Assembly: GCA_036172265.1 (NCBI GenBank)
Contig: JASFBA010000017.1
Coordinates: forward strand, 8,431-72,430
From: Chloroflexia bacterium
Lineage (GTDB): Bacteria > Chloroflexota > Chloroflexia > DTKN01
Direction: 5' to 3'
Length of the DNA: 64,000 bases
A model generated the notes under the pieces. That model was not told the DNA's origin. It saw nothing but the letters and a program-made list of their open reading frames with translations, and did not search any database. A program made the translations under genes and the position numbers. Shown in pieces: positions 53,885 to 63,594 of this stretch. Position 1 is the first letter of the stretch. Each line of letters begins with the position of its first letter.

Positions 53885-55819
53885 CTAGGTCCGATATGAG
53901 GCCGTCTCCTCCTCCACCTCCGCCCGGGGTTCGGCCTCCAGCACCAGCCACAGTTCGGGGAAACGCCGGCGAATCTGGCGGACGATGCCCTCGGGCGAAA
54001 GGTCCAGAGAGGCCCGTACCTCCTGTTGCGGCCCGTGGTGGATGAAGCGGTCGGGGATGCCGATGCGCAGGAACTCGTGGCCGGCCGTGAGCACCTTGCG
54101 CTCGTAAAACTCCAGCACCGCGCTGCCAAAGCCGCCCGCAAGGACGTTTTCCTCCACGGTGACGATGCGCCGGAAGTTGCGGGCCAGGCCGTAAAGGAGG
54201 GCCTTGTCCAGCGGCTTGACGAAACGGGCGTTGACCACCGCGGCTTCGATCCCTTCCTGGGCCAGAAGTTCAGCCGCCCGAAGCGCCGGATAGACCATCG
54301 AGCCAACGGCCACCAGCGCCAGTGCCCCACCGGCCCCTCGGCGCAGGACCTCCCCCATCCCCAACGGCAGCGTAACCCGCCCCTCGTCCAGCGGCACCCC
54401 CACGCCGGTTCCCCGCGGATAGCGAATTGCCACCGGGCCGTTCACCTCCAGCGCCGTCCAGAGCATGCGTTGCAACTCACACTCGTCCTTAGGAACCATC
54501 ACCACCAGGTTGGGGATGTGTCGAAGGTAGGAGAGGTCGAAGACGCCGTTGTGCGTTGCCCCGTCGTCGCCCACGATGCCGGCCCGATCCAGGGCAAAGA
54601 TGACCGGCAGGTTCTGGAGCGTCACATCATGGATGATCTGGTCATAAGCCCGCTGCAGAAAGGTCGAGTAGACCGCCACCACCGGCCGGAAGCCCTCTGT
54701 AGCCAGCCCGGCGGCAAAGGTGACGGCGTGTTCCTCGGCAATGCCCACGTCGAAGAAACGCTCCGGGAAACGTCGGGAGAACTCCACCAACCCGGTGCCG
54801 TCCGGCATGGCGGCGGTGATGGCCACCACTCGGGGATCCACCTCGGCCATGCGCAGGAGTGTCTGCCCAAAGACGCGGCTGTAGGAGGGGGCCGACCCCT
54901 TGGGTTCCCCGTTTGGAGCCACGCCGTGGAAGTTGGTGGGGTCTTTTTCAGCCGGTTCGTAGCCCTTGCCCTTGGTCGTGTAGACGTGCACCAGCACCGG
55001 TCCCTGCACGCGCCGGGCAGCGCGGAGGGTGAAGATGAGGTCGCGGAGGTTGTGCCCGTCCACCGGGCCGATGTAGATAAAGCCCATCTCCTCCCAGATC
55101 CGGGTCGGGATGAGCATTTCCTTGAAACTGCTCTTCAGACGGCGGAGAAAAGCCAGGAGGGGGAGGCCCAGGAGCGGCACATGCCGTAGGAAACGTTCGA
55201 CCCATCCCTTGAGGAAATGGTAACTCGGGCTGGAGCGCAGCCGGTTCAGGTAGCGCGAAATCGCCCCTACGTTGGGGGCGATGGACATGCCGTTATCGTT
55301 CAGGACGACGATGAGCCGGCTGTTCAGGTGGCCGGCATTGTTCAACCCCTCATACGACAGGCCGCATGTCATGGCCCCATCCCCGACCACGGCCACCACG
55401 TCGAAATCCTCCCCCTTCAGGTCGCGGGCGCGAGCGATGCCCAGAGCGGCCGAGATGGCCGTCCCGGCATGGCCGGCCCCAAAGGGGTCGTGGGGACTTT
55501 CCGTGCGCTGGGTAAAGCCGCTCAGCCCGCCGGCCTGTCGAATCGTGCGGAAACGCTCCTTCCGTCCGGTCAGGAGTTTGTGCACGTAAGCCTGGTGGCC
55601 TACGTCCCAGATGATCTTGTCCCGGGGACTACTGAAGACCACATGGAGGGCCAAGGTCAGTTCGACCACTCCCAGGCTCGAGGCCAGATGGCCGCCGGTC
55701 TGCGGCACCACCTCGATGAGTTCCTGGCGAATCTCCGTTGCCAGGTGGCGCAGTTCCCGCCAGGAAAGGCGTTTCAAATCTGCCGGCCCGTTCACCCGAT
55801 CTAGCACGCGTTGTCCCAT
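53885..55819 (-). CDS. dxs: 1-deoxy-D-xylulose-5-phosphate synthase
   Basis: ..GGHLASSLGVVELTLALH..DVGHQAYVHKLLTGR..GDGAMT.G..EEHAVTFAAG.. ATG 55819 lies behind GGAGGTGG. Confidence 0.92.
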   Translation of the reverse strand: MGQRVLDRVNGPADLKRLSWRELRHLATEIRQELIEVVPQTGGHLASSLGVVELTLALHVVFSSPRDKIIWDVGHQAYVHKLLTGRKERFRTIRQAGGLSGFTQRTESPHDPFGAGHAGTAISAALGIARARDLKGEDFDVVAVVGDGAMTCGLSYEGLNNAGHLNSRLIVVLNDNGMSIAPNVGAISRYLNRLRSSPSYHFLKGWVERFLRHVPLLGLPLLAFLRRLKSSFKEMLIPTRIWEEMGFIYIGPVDGHNLRDLIFTLRAARRVQGPVLVHVYTTKGKGYEPAEKDPTNFHGVAPNGEPKGSAPSYSRVFGQTLLRMAEVDPRVVAITAAMPDGTGLVEFSRRFPERFFDVGIAEEHAVTFAAGLATEGFRPVVAVYSTFLQRAYDQIIHDVTLQNLPVIFALDRAGIVGDDGATHNGVFDLSYLRHIPNLVVMVPKDECELQRMLWTALEVNGPVAIRYPRGTGVGVPLDEGRVTLPLGMGEVLRRGAGGALALVAVGSMVYPALRAAELLAQEGIEAAVVNARFVKPLDKALLYGLARNFRRIVTVEENVLAGGFGSAVLEFYERKVLTAGHEFLRIGIPDRFIHHGPQQEVRASLDLSPEGIVRQIRRRFPELWLVLEAEPRAEVEEETASYRT

Positions 55820-55930
55820 CACCCACCTCCACTGGCACAGGCCGGCCAGGTCCCCCGTCCGAACCGGGCAAGACGTTTCCCTGCCGGGGAAAGGGAACCT
55901 GGCCGGAAAAAGGGGCAGCCAGCAGAGCCC

Positions 55931-56206
55931 TCAGCCCTGCGGCTGCTCCCGATAGGCCCGTATCTCTTGCTCCAGACGAAAAATCTCCGCTCGCAGACGC
56001 CGACGTTCCACCTGGAGGGCCGGCAGCGTCGCGCTCCGCGTTACCTGCAGACGCTGCCGTTCCCGCCCGCGGCTGCGGGAGAGTTCGGCCTGAAGACGGG
56101 CGATTTGCTCTTCGACCCGACGCTCTTCCTGCCGCAGCCGCTGCAACTCCTCCTGCAACTGCTGCAGCCGGCCGGCGACTTCCTCTGAAGGTAAACTTTC
56201 CGCCAT
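55931..56206 (-). CDS. hypothetical coiled-coil protein
   Basis: 91 aa, R/E/Q/L-rich heptad-like; no family recognised. Confidence 0.45.
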   Translation of the reverse strand: MAESLPSEEVAGRLQQLQEELQRLRQEERRVEEQIARLQAELSRSRGRERQRLQVTRSATLPALQVERRRLRAEIFRLEQEIRAYREQPQG

Positions 56207-56227
56207 CTTGAACCCGTCCTTTCTCTA

Positions 56228-56301
56228 TGCGCCCGGAGGGATTCGAACCCCCAACCCTCGATTCCGAAGACCGATGCTCTGTCCAGTTGAGCTACGGGCG
56301 C
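56228..56301 (-). tRNA. tRNA-Arg (TCG)
   Basis: Manual cloverleaf of 74 nt: GCGCCCG/CGGGCGC acceptor stem, anticodon loop CTTCGGA, T-loop TTCGAAT. Confidence 0.9.
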
Positions 56302-56320
56302 ACTCATCCAGGCCAGGTTG

Positions 56321-56349
56321 ATTATAGCACTGTTTGACCAGGATGTCTA
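56321..56349 (-). promoter_or_regulatory. candidate promoter of tRNA-Arg
   Basis: Minus strand TAGACA-N17-TATAAT. Confidence 0.45.
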
Positions 56350-56375
56350 TTGGGGTAAATTGGGTCTGGGAATTG

Positions 56376-56912
56376 TCAAAGTTTACCCTTGATCCCGTAG
56401 ACATAGCCGCCGCGCAGGCCGGCCAGTTCCTGGGTGTAGATAAAGGCCCGCGGGTCCACCCGGGTGACCGCCTGGATCAGGTGGGGTAACTGGCGTGTCC
56501 CGCAGACGACGATCAACACATCCACCGGCCCATCCCGCCCTTCCCCGGTATGCCGAGTCAGGGCAAAGCCGGCCTCCCGTACGGCTGCTTCTACCTGCTC
56601 CACAGGTTCATGGACGATCACTGTGGCCTCTACCACCCTCCGGCCCATCCGTTCGTTCAGCATCATCCCCAGAAGCGTCCCTACAGCAAAGCCGCCGGCA
56701 TAGGCCAGCACGTTGAACCAGTTGCCGATGTCCTGGATGACTTTGCTCACCACCAGAATGTAGATCACAATCTCCACAAAGCCCACCAGGGCGGCCAGGG
56801 CTTTGCGCCGGCGTACGATGAGCAGCACCCGCATCGTGCCCAGGCCGACGTCCACAACCCGTGCCGCAAAGATCAAAAAGGCCCAGAGCAAAGTCGACCA
56901 GAAGTCAGGCAT
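56376..56912 (-). CDS. UPF0316/DUF2179-family membrane protein
   Basis: Three N-terminal TM segments, then a soluble C-terminal domain; ..VVDVGLGTMRVLLIVRRRK.. Confidence 0.7.
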   Translation of the reverse strand: MPDFWSTLLWAFLIFAARVVDVGLGTMRVLLIVRRRKALAALVGFVEIVIYILVVSKVIQDIGNWFNVLAYAGGFAVGTLLGMMLNERMGRRVVEATVIVHEPVEQVEAAVREAGFALTRHTGEGRDGPVDVLIVVCGTRQLPHLIQAVTRVDPRAFIYTQELAGLRGGYVYGIKGKL

Positions 56913-57588
56913 CCTGTCCTCTCGGAGATTCCACGACTTTCCGCTTCAGGACGGCGGCGATCTCTTGCGCCGAGATCGGGCCGGCCCGGAGCACCCGGGG
57001 CGGTTCCACCGTCAGGTCCAGGAGGGTGGAAGGGCAAGCCCGGGCACACCTCCCGCCGTCCAGAATAAGCGGAAGGCGACCCTCCAACTGGGCCCGTACC
57101 TCGGCGGCGGTGGTCGTCGGAGGTTCCCCGGAGCGATTGGCGCTGCTGGAGGCCAGCGGCCGGCCCAGACAACGGGCCATTTCGCGGGGCAGGGGGTGGT
57201 CCGGAAGTCGAACCGCCACCGTCGGCCGCCCTCCGGTTACCCGATCGGGAATCCAGGGCTGTTTCCAGAGCACCAACGTCAGAGGACCGGGCCAGAAACA
57301 CGCCGCCAGAAGCCGGGCCTCGGTTGGCACCTCCCGACATACCTCCTCCACATCCTCGGCTTCTGCCAGAAGGAGCGGCAACGCCAGTTCGGCCGGCCGG
57401 CCCTTGACCCAATACAGCCGCTCCACCGCCGCCTCGTCGTCCACCCGCACCCCCAGGCCGTAGACCGTGTCGGTCGGGAAAGCCACCACCTCCCCCCGCC
57501 GTAACCAGGCCAAGGCTTCTTCCAAAGCCTCTGGATCCTCTGCGCGAAGGATCACCGTCGTCCCAAAGGGGGTTTCTTCCATCACCAT
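56905..57588 (-). CDS. tsaC: L-threonylcarbamoyladenylate synthase (Sua5/YrdC/YwlC family)
   Basis: ..GEVVAFPTDTVYGLG..KGRP...PL..GPLTLVL..VAVRLPDHP..ASSSANRSGEPP. Confidence 0.85.
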   Translation of the reverse strand: MVMEETPFGTTVILRAEDPEALEEALAWLRRGEVVAFPTDTVYGLGVRVDDEAAVERLYWVKGRPAELALPLLLAEAEDVEEVCREVPTEARLLAACFWPGPLTLVLWKQPWIPDRVTGGRPTVAVRLPDHPLPREMARCLGRPLASSSANRSGEPPTTTAAEVRAQLEGRLPLILDGGRCARACPSTLLDLTVEPPRVLRAGPISAQEIAAVLKRKVVESPRGQDA

Positions 57589-59414
57589 CCCCCCAGCAGG
57601 CCAAAGGTCTGGAGCGCCAACAGGACGATGGCCAGTAAAAGCACCAATCCATACTCCCAGAGCAGGCGGGCAGTGAGTTTTCCCCGAAAGTGGTGGCGGG
57701 AGAGGCTCACCAGGACGTAGAATACGACCAGCAGGAAGGCCCCCCCACTCAGGCCGCCGATAGCCCAGTAGTTGAGGGGCCAGGTGATTTCACCTACGGC
57801 CAACCCCACTCCGGCGGCATAAAGCAGCGCTTGCCCTCGGGAAGCAAAGCGGCGCAACAAGGCCAAGGCCAGAAAGAACGCCAGCAGGACCAGCATGGTA
57901 GCCGAAAAGAGGCTGCGTAGCCTCAAGGCGTAGATCGCCCCGAAGAGGAAAAAGGCGGTCAGATAAAGGGCCAAATCCAGGAAGAAGTAACTCCATTCCC
58001 GCACCCAAGGACGCTCGTCGTGGCGGTAATGCAGGGCCACCAGTTCCCCCAGAAGGACGAGGGCGACGACCCCTAACCCCACCGAGCGCTCCACCAGACC
58101 GGCCAGGAGGCGCAGGAAGAGGAAGGCGGTCAGCGTGAGCATCACCGGCCCGATCCAGGCGACCGGGTCCAACCGACGGTGTCGCCCGGCCGGCAGTACC
58201 TCTTCCTCCTCCGGTCGGGAAAACTCTACTCCCACGCTCACCACCAGGAGCAGGAAAAAGAGGATCATCCAGGCGATGGAGACGTCCACTTCGAGGCGTT
58301 CTTCTGGTGGGATAAAGGCATAGCGCAGGTCTCCGTTGAGGAGGTCGTAGTAACTGAGGTGCGGAAGGCCCCTCGTATCCAGGGCCAGGGAAAGGGCACC
58401 TACGCGGATGTCGCTTTCCACTGTCTGGGTCATCCAAGAAGTACCGTTGTAAGAGAGGTAAAGCAAGCGCCCCTGGGAGGCATCGAAACAGGCCAAATGT
58501 GGCCAGCCCTGCCTATCCAAAGCCAGGGCGCTATATAGCCCCACCTCTCCCCCGCTCAATATCGTCTCGGTGATCCAGGAAGAGCCGTCATAGGCGGCAT
58601 ATCGCAACTCGCCTCGACCGGCATCGTAATAACCGACGCGCGGCCGGTCCTGCTTGTCCAGTGCCAGGGAAACGAAGGCTCTGGTGCTGCCTGGACCGTC
58701 CACCGTCCCGGTAATCCAAGTAGCACCGGTGAAACGGGCATAGCGGAGTTCGCCCCGGCCGGCGTCGTAATAGGCAATGTGGGGAAGCCCTCGCCCATCC
58801 AGCGCCAGCGAGGCATATCGGCCCACCTCTCCGGCAGAGTCCACCGTCTCGGTGAACCAAACCGTGCCGTCGAAGTAGGCGTACTTGAGGTCGCCGCGGG
58901 CCTCGTCGTAGTAGGCGATGTTCGGCCGGCCATCCTCGTCCAGGGCCAGGGAGGTGTACATCCCCACGCTTTTGCCGATGTCCACCGTCTCTGTAACCCA
59001 GGCCAGGCCGTCGTAACGGGCGTACCTCAGGTTGCTTTCCCCGGCGTCGTAGTAACTGAGGCGAGGAAAGCCGGCCCGGTCCAGGGCGATGGAGGAGTAG
59101 GCCCCCACCCTTCCGACGCTGTCCACCGTTTCTGTTACCCAGGCGAAGCCGTCGTAGCGGGCCACCCGGAGGTCACCGGCATTGGAATCCAGGTAGGCGA
59201 TGTAAGGCACTCCTCCCCGACTCAGTGCCAGGGCGCTGTAGGCCCCGACATCGCCGGCACTCTCCACCGTCTCCACCTGCCAGGTCGGGGCCGGCCCCAG
59301 GCGCGGCAGCGGGATGACCAGGGTCAAGGAATGGATGCCTTCGACCAGGAGGATGAGCCCCAGGCCCAGGACGACGATGCCGACCAGCGGCAGAATCCTC
59401 TCATAATGTGGCAT
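57582..59414 (-). CDS. membrane protein: signal anchor + seven 47-aa repeats (predicted 7-bladed beta-propeller) + polytopic C-terminal domain
   Basis: Repeats W.TETVDS.G.VG.Y.SLALD..G.P.IAYYD...G.LRYA.YDG.. x7, then about 8 hydrophobic segments. Start at ATG 59414 or 59435. Confidence 0.7.
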   Translation of the reverse strand: MPHYERILPLVGIVVLGLGLILLVEGIHSLTLVIPLPRLGPAPTWQVETVESAGDVGAYSALALSRGGVPYIAYLDSNAGDLRVARYDGFAWVTETVDSVGRVGAYSSIALDRAGFPRLSYYDAGESNLRYARYDGLAWVTETVDIGKSVGMYTSLALDEDGRPNIAYYDEARGDLKYAYFDGTVWFTETVDSAGEVGRYASLALDGRGLPHIAYYDAGRGELRYARFTGATWITGTVDGPGSTRAFVSLALDKQDRPRVGYYDAGRGELRYAAYDGSSWITETILSGGEVGLYSALALDRQGWPHLACFDASQGRLLYLSYNGTSWMTQTVESDIRVGALSLALDTRGLPHLSYYDLLNGDLRYAFIPPEERLEVDVSIAWMILFFLLLVVSVGVEFSRPEEEEVLPAGRHRRLDPVAWIGPVMLTLTAFLFLRLLAGLVERSVGLGVVALVLLGELVALHYRHDERPWVREWSYFFLDLALYLTAFFLFGAIYALRLRSLFSATMLVLLAFFLALALLRRFASRGQALLYAAGVGLAVGEITWPLNYWAIGGLSGGAFLLVVFYVLVSLSRHHFRGKLTARLLWEYGLVLLLAIVLLALQTFGLLGGW

Positions 59415-60840
59415 GGCCGTTTCCCTCAAAGTCATCGTCGGCCGGCGCTTCCCCGCAACGGCGGAGAATCTCCCGGGCCACGATCACCCCGGAAACCGAG
59501 GCCTGGATCAGCCCCCGCGTGACCCCGGCTCCGTCGCCGGCCGCAAAGAGGTTGGCCACCTGGGCCGTCTCCAAGGAAGGAGTCAGGTCCAGCCGTGAGG
59601 AATAGAATTTGGCTTCAACCCCGTAGAGCAAGGTGTGACGGGAGTTGACCCCGGGGGCCAGTTTGTCCAGAGCCTCCAGCATCTCCATGATGTCCGCCAG
59701 GTAGCGATAGGGCAGGACAAAACTGAGGTCGCCCGGGACGGCGCTTTTGAGGGTCGGTTCGACGATGCTGCGGGCTAGGCGTTCGGCGGTGGTACGCCGG
59801 CCGGCACGCAAGTCCCCCAACCGCTGCACCATCACCCCCCCGCTCAACATGTTGGCCAGCCGGGCCAGGTAACGGCCGTAGGCAATGGGCTCGTGGAACG
59901 GTTCGGTGAAGGAAGTGGAGACCAGCAGGGCAAAGTTGGTAGAAGAAGTTGGCCGCTCGGCGTAGCTGTGGCCGTTGACCAGCACCACCGGCGGATCGCC
60001 GTTGGCAAACTCCGGCGTGACCTCGCCGTGCGGACAGACGCAGAAGGTGCGCACGCGGTCGTCGAAGCAACGGGTAGTGTACTCCAGTTTGGCCTCATAG
60101 AGCACATCGGTCAGGGGAGCCAGCACCGGGGCCGGCACTTCCACCCGCAGCCCCACATCCACCGGGTTGTTGCGCAGCGAAACCCCCAGCCGTTCGGCCT
60201 CGCTGCGCAGCCAGGAGGCTCCTTCCCGGCCCGGAGCCACCACCGCGAAACGCGTCCTCAGCGTTTCCCCGCCGGCCGTGGTCACACCCACGACCCGCCC
60301 CTCGGACACCTCCAGCCGAACGACCGGGCTATTCATCCGCACTTCCACCCGTCGGGCCAGTTCTTCGTACATGGCCTGGACGATGGCGCTGCAGTGCTCC
60401 GTGCCCAGGTGTCGAATCGGCACCGGAATCAGGCGCAACTCATTTAGCGCCGCCTTCCGCTGCCAATCTTCAATCTCGTCTCCCAGGCCGTACACTCGCT
60501 CCGAGGCCCCGAATTCGCGGTAGATGCGGTCCACGTAGGCGATATACCGTTCCAGGAGGGAACGGGACAGGAAATCTCCCAGCCAGCCGCCTACTTCGGG
60601 AGAGAGGGTCAATTTCCCATCGGAAAAGGCGCCGGCCCCGCCCCAGCCGCACAGTTGGGCACAGGGGCGGCAGTGGCGGCATTCTCCTCCTTCCTCTCGA
60701 ATCGGGCAAAGCCGGTGCTCCAGCGGGCGGCCCTTTTCCAAAAGGAGGAGGCGCAAGTCGCTTTTTCGTGCCAGTTCCAGGGCGGCAAAGAGGCCGGCCG
60801 GGCCGGCCCCCACAATGATCACATCATAGTCTTTGGCCAT
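59401..60840 (-). CDS. FAD-dependent oxidoreductase (COG2509-like uncharacterised dehydrogenase)
   Basis: MAKDYDVIIVGAGPAGLFAALEL.. (GxGxxG), Cys cluster CPIREEGGECRHCRPCAQLC, ..FAAGDGAGVTRG. The track ORF 59401..61512 has a spurious N-terminal extension. Confidence 0.75.
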   Translation of the reverse strand: MAKDYDVIIVGAGPAGLFAALELARKSDLRLLLLEKGRPLEHRLCPIREEGGECRHCRPCAQLCGWGGAGAFSDGKLTLSPEVGGWLGDFLSRSLLERYIAYVDRIYREFGASERVYGLGDEIEDWQRKAALNELRLIPVPIRHLGTEHCSAIVQAMYEELARRVEVRMNSPVVRLEVSEGRVVGVTTAGGETLRTRFAVVAPGREGASWLRSEAERLGVSLRNNPVDVGLRVEVPAPVLAPLTDVLYEAKLEYTTRCFDDRVRTFCVCPHGEVTPEFANGDPPVVLVNGHSYAERPTSSTNFALLVSTSFTEPFHEPIAYGRYLARLANMLSGGVMVQRLGDLRAGRRTTAERLARSIVEPTLKSAVPGDLSFVLPYRYLADIMEMLEALDKLAPGVNSRHTLLYGVEAKFYSSRLDLTPSLETAQVANLFAAGDGAGVTRGLIQASVSGVIVAREILRRCGEAPADDDFEGNGHATL

Positions 60841-60887
60841 TTCTATGTCAGAGCCCCCTCGGATTTTGTGGTAACGGGCAACAGTAC

Positions 60888-62264
60888 TTAGAGCGGGGCA
60901 AAGCGCGCCATAAAGTGGCGCAGGTAGGGTGGTTCGTAGACGATACGCATGCCCCGCACCCCTTCGGCGCGCTGGCGCACCTGGGCTACCGCCTCGGCCA
61001 CGTAATCCATCTGCGTATTCGTATAGACCCGCCGCGGAATGGCCATGCGCACCAGTTCTAGGACCGGGTAGATGACCTTCCCGGTGGCCGGATCCCGGCG
61101 GGCGTTCATCACCGTGCCGATTTCCACCGTGCGGATGCCCCCCTGAATATAGATTTCCACGGTAAGGGCCTGGGCCGGGAGGCTGGATTGGGGCAAATGG
61201 GGAAGGAAACGCTTGGCGTCCAGGTAGACGGCGTGGCCGCCCACCGGCTCCAGGATCGGCACGTCCAGTTCCTTCAGCCGTTCGCCCAGGTAGCGCACCT
61301 GGCCGATGCGGTAGGCCAGGTAATGCTCGTCCAAGGCCTCCCAGAGCCCGCGAGCGATGGCCTCCAGATCGCGGCCGGCCAGCCCGCCATAGGTGGGAAA
61401 GCCCTCCCACAGGATCAGACGCTGACAGATTCGCTCGTAGAGTCCGGCATCGCGCATGGCCAAGAAGCCGCCGATGTTCACCAGCCCATCCTTCTTGGCG
61501 CTCATGGTGCACCCATCGGCGTAGGAGAAGGTCTCCCGGACGATTTCCAGGATCGGCCGACCGGCCTGTCCCGGCTCCCGCTGCTGGATGAAATAGGCGT
61601 TTTCGGCATGGCGGCAGGCATCCAGGAAAAGGGGGATGCCGTGGCGGTGCAGCACCTCGCTCACCTGCCGGATGTTTTCCAGCGAAACCGGCTGGCCGCC
61701 GCCGTTGTTGTTGGTGATGGTGATCATCCCCAGGGGGATGCGCTCCGCCCCCACCTCCCGAATCAGGGCCTCCAGACGGGCCACGTCCACGTTGCCCTTG
61801 AAGGGATGAGGAGCCTGGGCATCCAGCCCCTCTGGAATCACCAGATCCACAGCATTGGCCCCCAGCGCCTCGATATTGGCCCGGGTGGTGTCAAAGTGCA
61901 TGTTGCTGGGGACAACATCGCCCGGGCGGAGAAGAGTAGCGAAGAGGACATGTTCGGCGGCTCGGCCCTGGTGGGTCGGGACGAAGTAGGGAAAGCCGAA
62001 GATAGAGCGGACAGATTCCTCCAGGTTGAAGAAGTTGCGGCACCCGGCATACGATTCGTCGCCGAGCATCAGGCCGGCCCACTGTCGGTCGCTCATGGCC
62101 GAGGTGCCGCTGTCGGTCAGGAGGTCGATGTAGATGTCTTCGGCACGCACCCGGAAGAGGTTGTAGCCGGCCTCGGCAATGATACGCCGGCGCTCCTCCT
62201 CCGTCGTCATCCGTACCGGTTCAACCACCTTGATGCGAAACGGTTCCACGGGCGGGCGAACCAA
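60888..62264 (-). CDS. beta-eliminating lyase (tryptophanase / tyrosine phenol-lyase family, PLP)
   Basis: ..EPFRIKVVEP..NLFRVRAEDIYIDLLTDSGTSAMS..TITNNNGGGQPVS..DGCTMSAKKDGLVNIGG (PLP Lys). TTG 62264 lies behind AGGAGG. Confidence 0.85.
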   Translation of the reverse strand: MVRPPVEPFRIKVVEPVRMTTEEERRRIIAEAGYNLFRVRAEDIYIDLLTDSGTSAMSDRQWAGLMLGDESYAGCRNFFNLEESVRSIFGFPYFVPTHQGRAAEHVLFATLLRPGDVVPSNMHFDTTRANIEALGANAVDLVIPEGLDAQAPHPFKGNVDVARLEALIREVGAERIPLGMITITNNNGGGQPVSLENIRQVSEVLHRHGIPLFLDACRHAENAYFIQQREPGQAGRPILEIVRETFSYADGCTMSAKKDGLVNIGGFLAMRDAGLYERICQRLILWEGFPTYGGLAGRDLEAIARGLWEALDEHYLAYRIGQVRYLGERLKELDVPILEPVGGHAVYLDAKRFLPHLPQSSLPAQALTVEIYIQGGIRTVEIGTVMNARRDPATGKVIYPVLELVRMAIPRRVYTNTQMDYVAEAVAQVRQRAEGVRGMRIVYEPPYLRHFMARFAPL

Positions 62265-62317
62265 AGGTAGCCTCCTTTGGCCGGTTTTCACTCCATCGTG
62301 CGCTTACGGCCAGGGCC

Positions 62318-62346
62318 ATTCTATCCCCTTTCGGGGCAGATGTCAA
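62318..62346 (-). promoter_or_regulatory. candidate promoter of the lyase operon
   Basis: Minus strand TTGACA-N17-TAGAAT. Confidence 0.55.
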
Positions 62347-62400
62347 ACGAGGGAAGGGGTGTGTCCTAAACTTGTCGGGGAGATCAGGCGGCCTCCCGAT

Positions 62401-62429
62401 TTGCATATTTGGGCAATCTGTAGTATACT
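62401..62429 (+). promoter_or_regulatory. candidate promoter of the nuo operon
   Basis: TTGCAT-N17-TATACT; leaves a leader of about 160 nt. Confidence 0.55.
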
Positions 62430-62595
62430 GGCCGGCCGTCCGGATTGTGCCCGAAAGGGCAATTCATTCGGATGCCGTTATCATCATATGACCAGCCTGC
62501 ACCGGTCGGCGTAGCCTGGGTCGAGCAGCCCGCGAAGCGGGCGTATCGAGACCGGCGCTGTGCCGCGACCTGGCGGGCGACGTCAAGGAGGAGGC

Positions 62596-62952
62596 ATGCT
62601 GCGTGATTACCTGTTTATCGGTATCCTGCTCCTTTCGGCCGTTCTCTTTGGCGCCCTGATTATCTTTGCTGCCTACCTTCTCCGTCCCAAACGCCCCTAT
62701 CCGGCGAAACTCTCCACCTACGAATGCGGTCTGGAAACGATCGGGCCGACCTGGGTGCGCTACCGCATCCAGTTCTACCTCTATGCCTTGGTCTTTGTGA
62801 TCTTTGACATCGAGACCGTCTTCCTCTACCCCTGGGCAGTGGCGCTTGGGAGGTTGGCCACCTTGGCCCTGGTGGAGATGGCCATCTTCATCGGCATCCT
62901 GGTGGCCGGCCTGATCTATGCCTGGAAGACCGGGGCCCTGGAATGGGTATAG
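62596..62952 (+). CDS. nuoA: NADH-quinone oxidoreductase subunit A
   Basis: ..[29 protein letters not shown] 62596 lies behind AAGGAGGAGG. Confidence 0.9.
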   Translation: MLRDYLFIGILLLSAVLFGALIIFAAYLLRPKRPYPAKLSTYECGLETIGPTWVRYRIQFYLYALVFVIFDIETVFLYPWAVALGRLATLALVEMAIFIGILVAGLIYAWKTGALEWV

Positions 62953-62973
62953 TCGCATACGGCGAGGGCACAG

Positions 62974-63594
62974 ATGAGCGATCCCGAAAGCGTTTCTCCC
63001 GAACAACTGGCCCTGGAACAGAGCGGGGTCTTTTTGACCCATAGCGAAAAGTTGAAACTCGTCGAGGGCATCTACAACTGGGGCCGGCGCAGTTCCCTCT
63101 GGCCGATGATGTTCGGACTGGCCTGCTGCGCCTTTGAGATGATGGCCACCGGAGCCCCGCGCTTCGATTTTGCCCGCTTCGGCTCCGAGTTCTTCCGCGC
63201 CTCGCCCCGCCAAGCCGATGTGATGATCGTCTGCGGGACGGTCACCAAGAAGATGGCCCCGGCTGTGGTGCGGCTCTATAACCAGATGGCCGAACCCCGC
63301 TATGTCGTGGCGATGGGCGCCTGCGCCTGCTCCGGAGGGCCGTTCCGCGACGGCTACAACGTTGTCCAGGGGATTGACCTCTACCTGCCGGTGGATGTTT
63401 ATATCCCCGGCTGCCCCCCTCGCCCGGAATCGCTCCTGGAGGGATGGTTTGCCCTCCAACGCCTCATTGACCGGCAGCGCCTGAAGGAAGTGCCCTGGTA
63501 CGGGAAAGAGGAAAAATCTCGGGAGCGGCCTATCCCGCGCTACGGCCCCCACGGCCTGACCCTCCCCGAGGAATCCCAGGAGGCGAAGCGATGA
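62974..63594 (+). CDS. nuoB: NADH-quinone oxidoreductase subunit B
   Basis: ..[49 protein letters not shown]. Confidence 0.92.
   Translation: MSDPESVSPEQLALEQSGVFLTHSEKLKLVEGIYNWGRRSSLWPMMFGLACCAFEMMATGAPRFDFARFGSEFFRASPRQADVMIVCGTVTKKMAPAVVRLYNQMAEPRYVVAMGACACSGGPFRDGYNVVQGIDLYLPVDVYIPGCPPRPESLLEGWFALQRLIDRQRLKEVPWYGKEEKSRERPIPRYGPHGLTLPEESQEAKR

Noticed and set aside
53727-53951. 75-aa G/R/E-rich N-terminal extension of the Fe-ADH ORF.
   Set aside because: It is the translation of the C-rich intergenic repeats. The ADH homology and the AGGAGG SD point to ATG 53726.
60841-61512. N-terminal 224 aa of track ORF 59401..61512.
   Set aside because: This part overlaps the beta-eliminating lyase gene in another frame and is P/G/R-rich. 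The FAD protein clearly begins at MAKDYDVIIVGAGPAG (ATG 60840).
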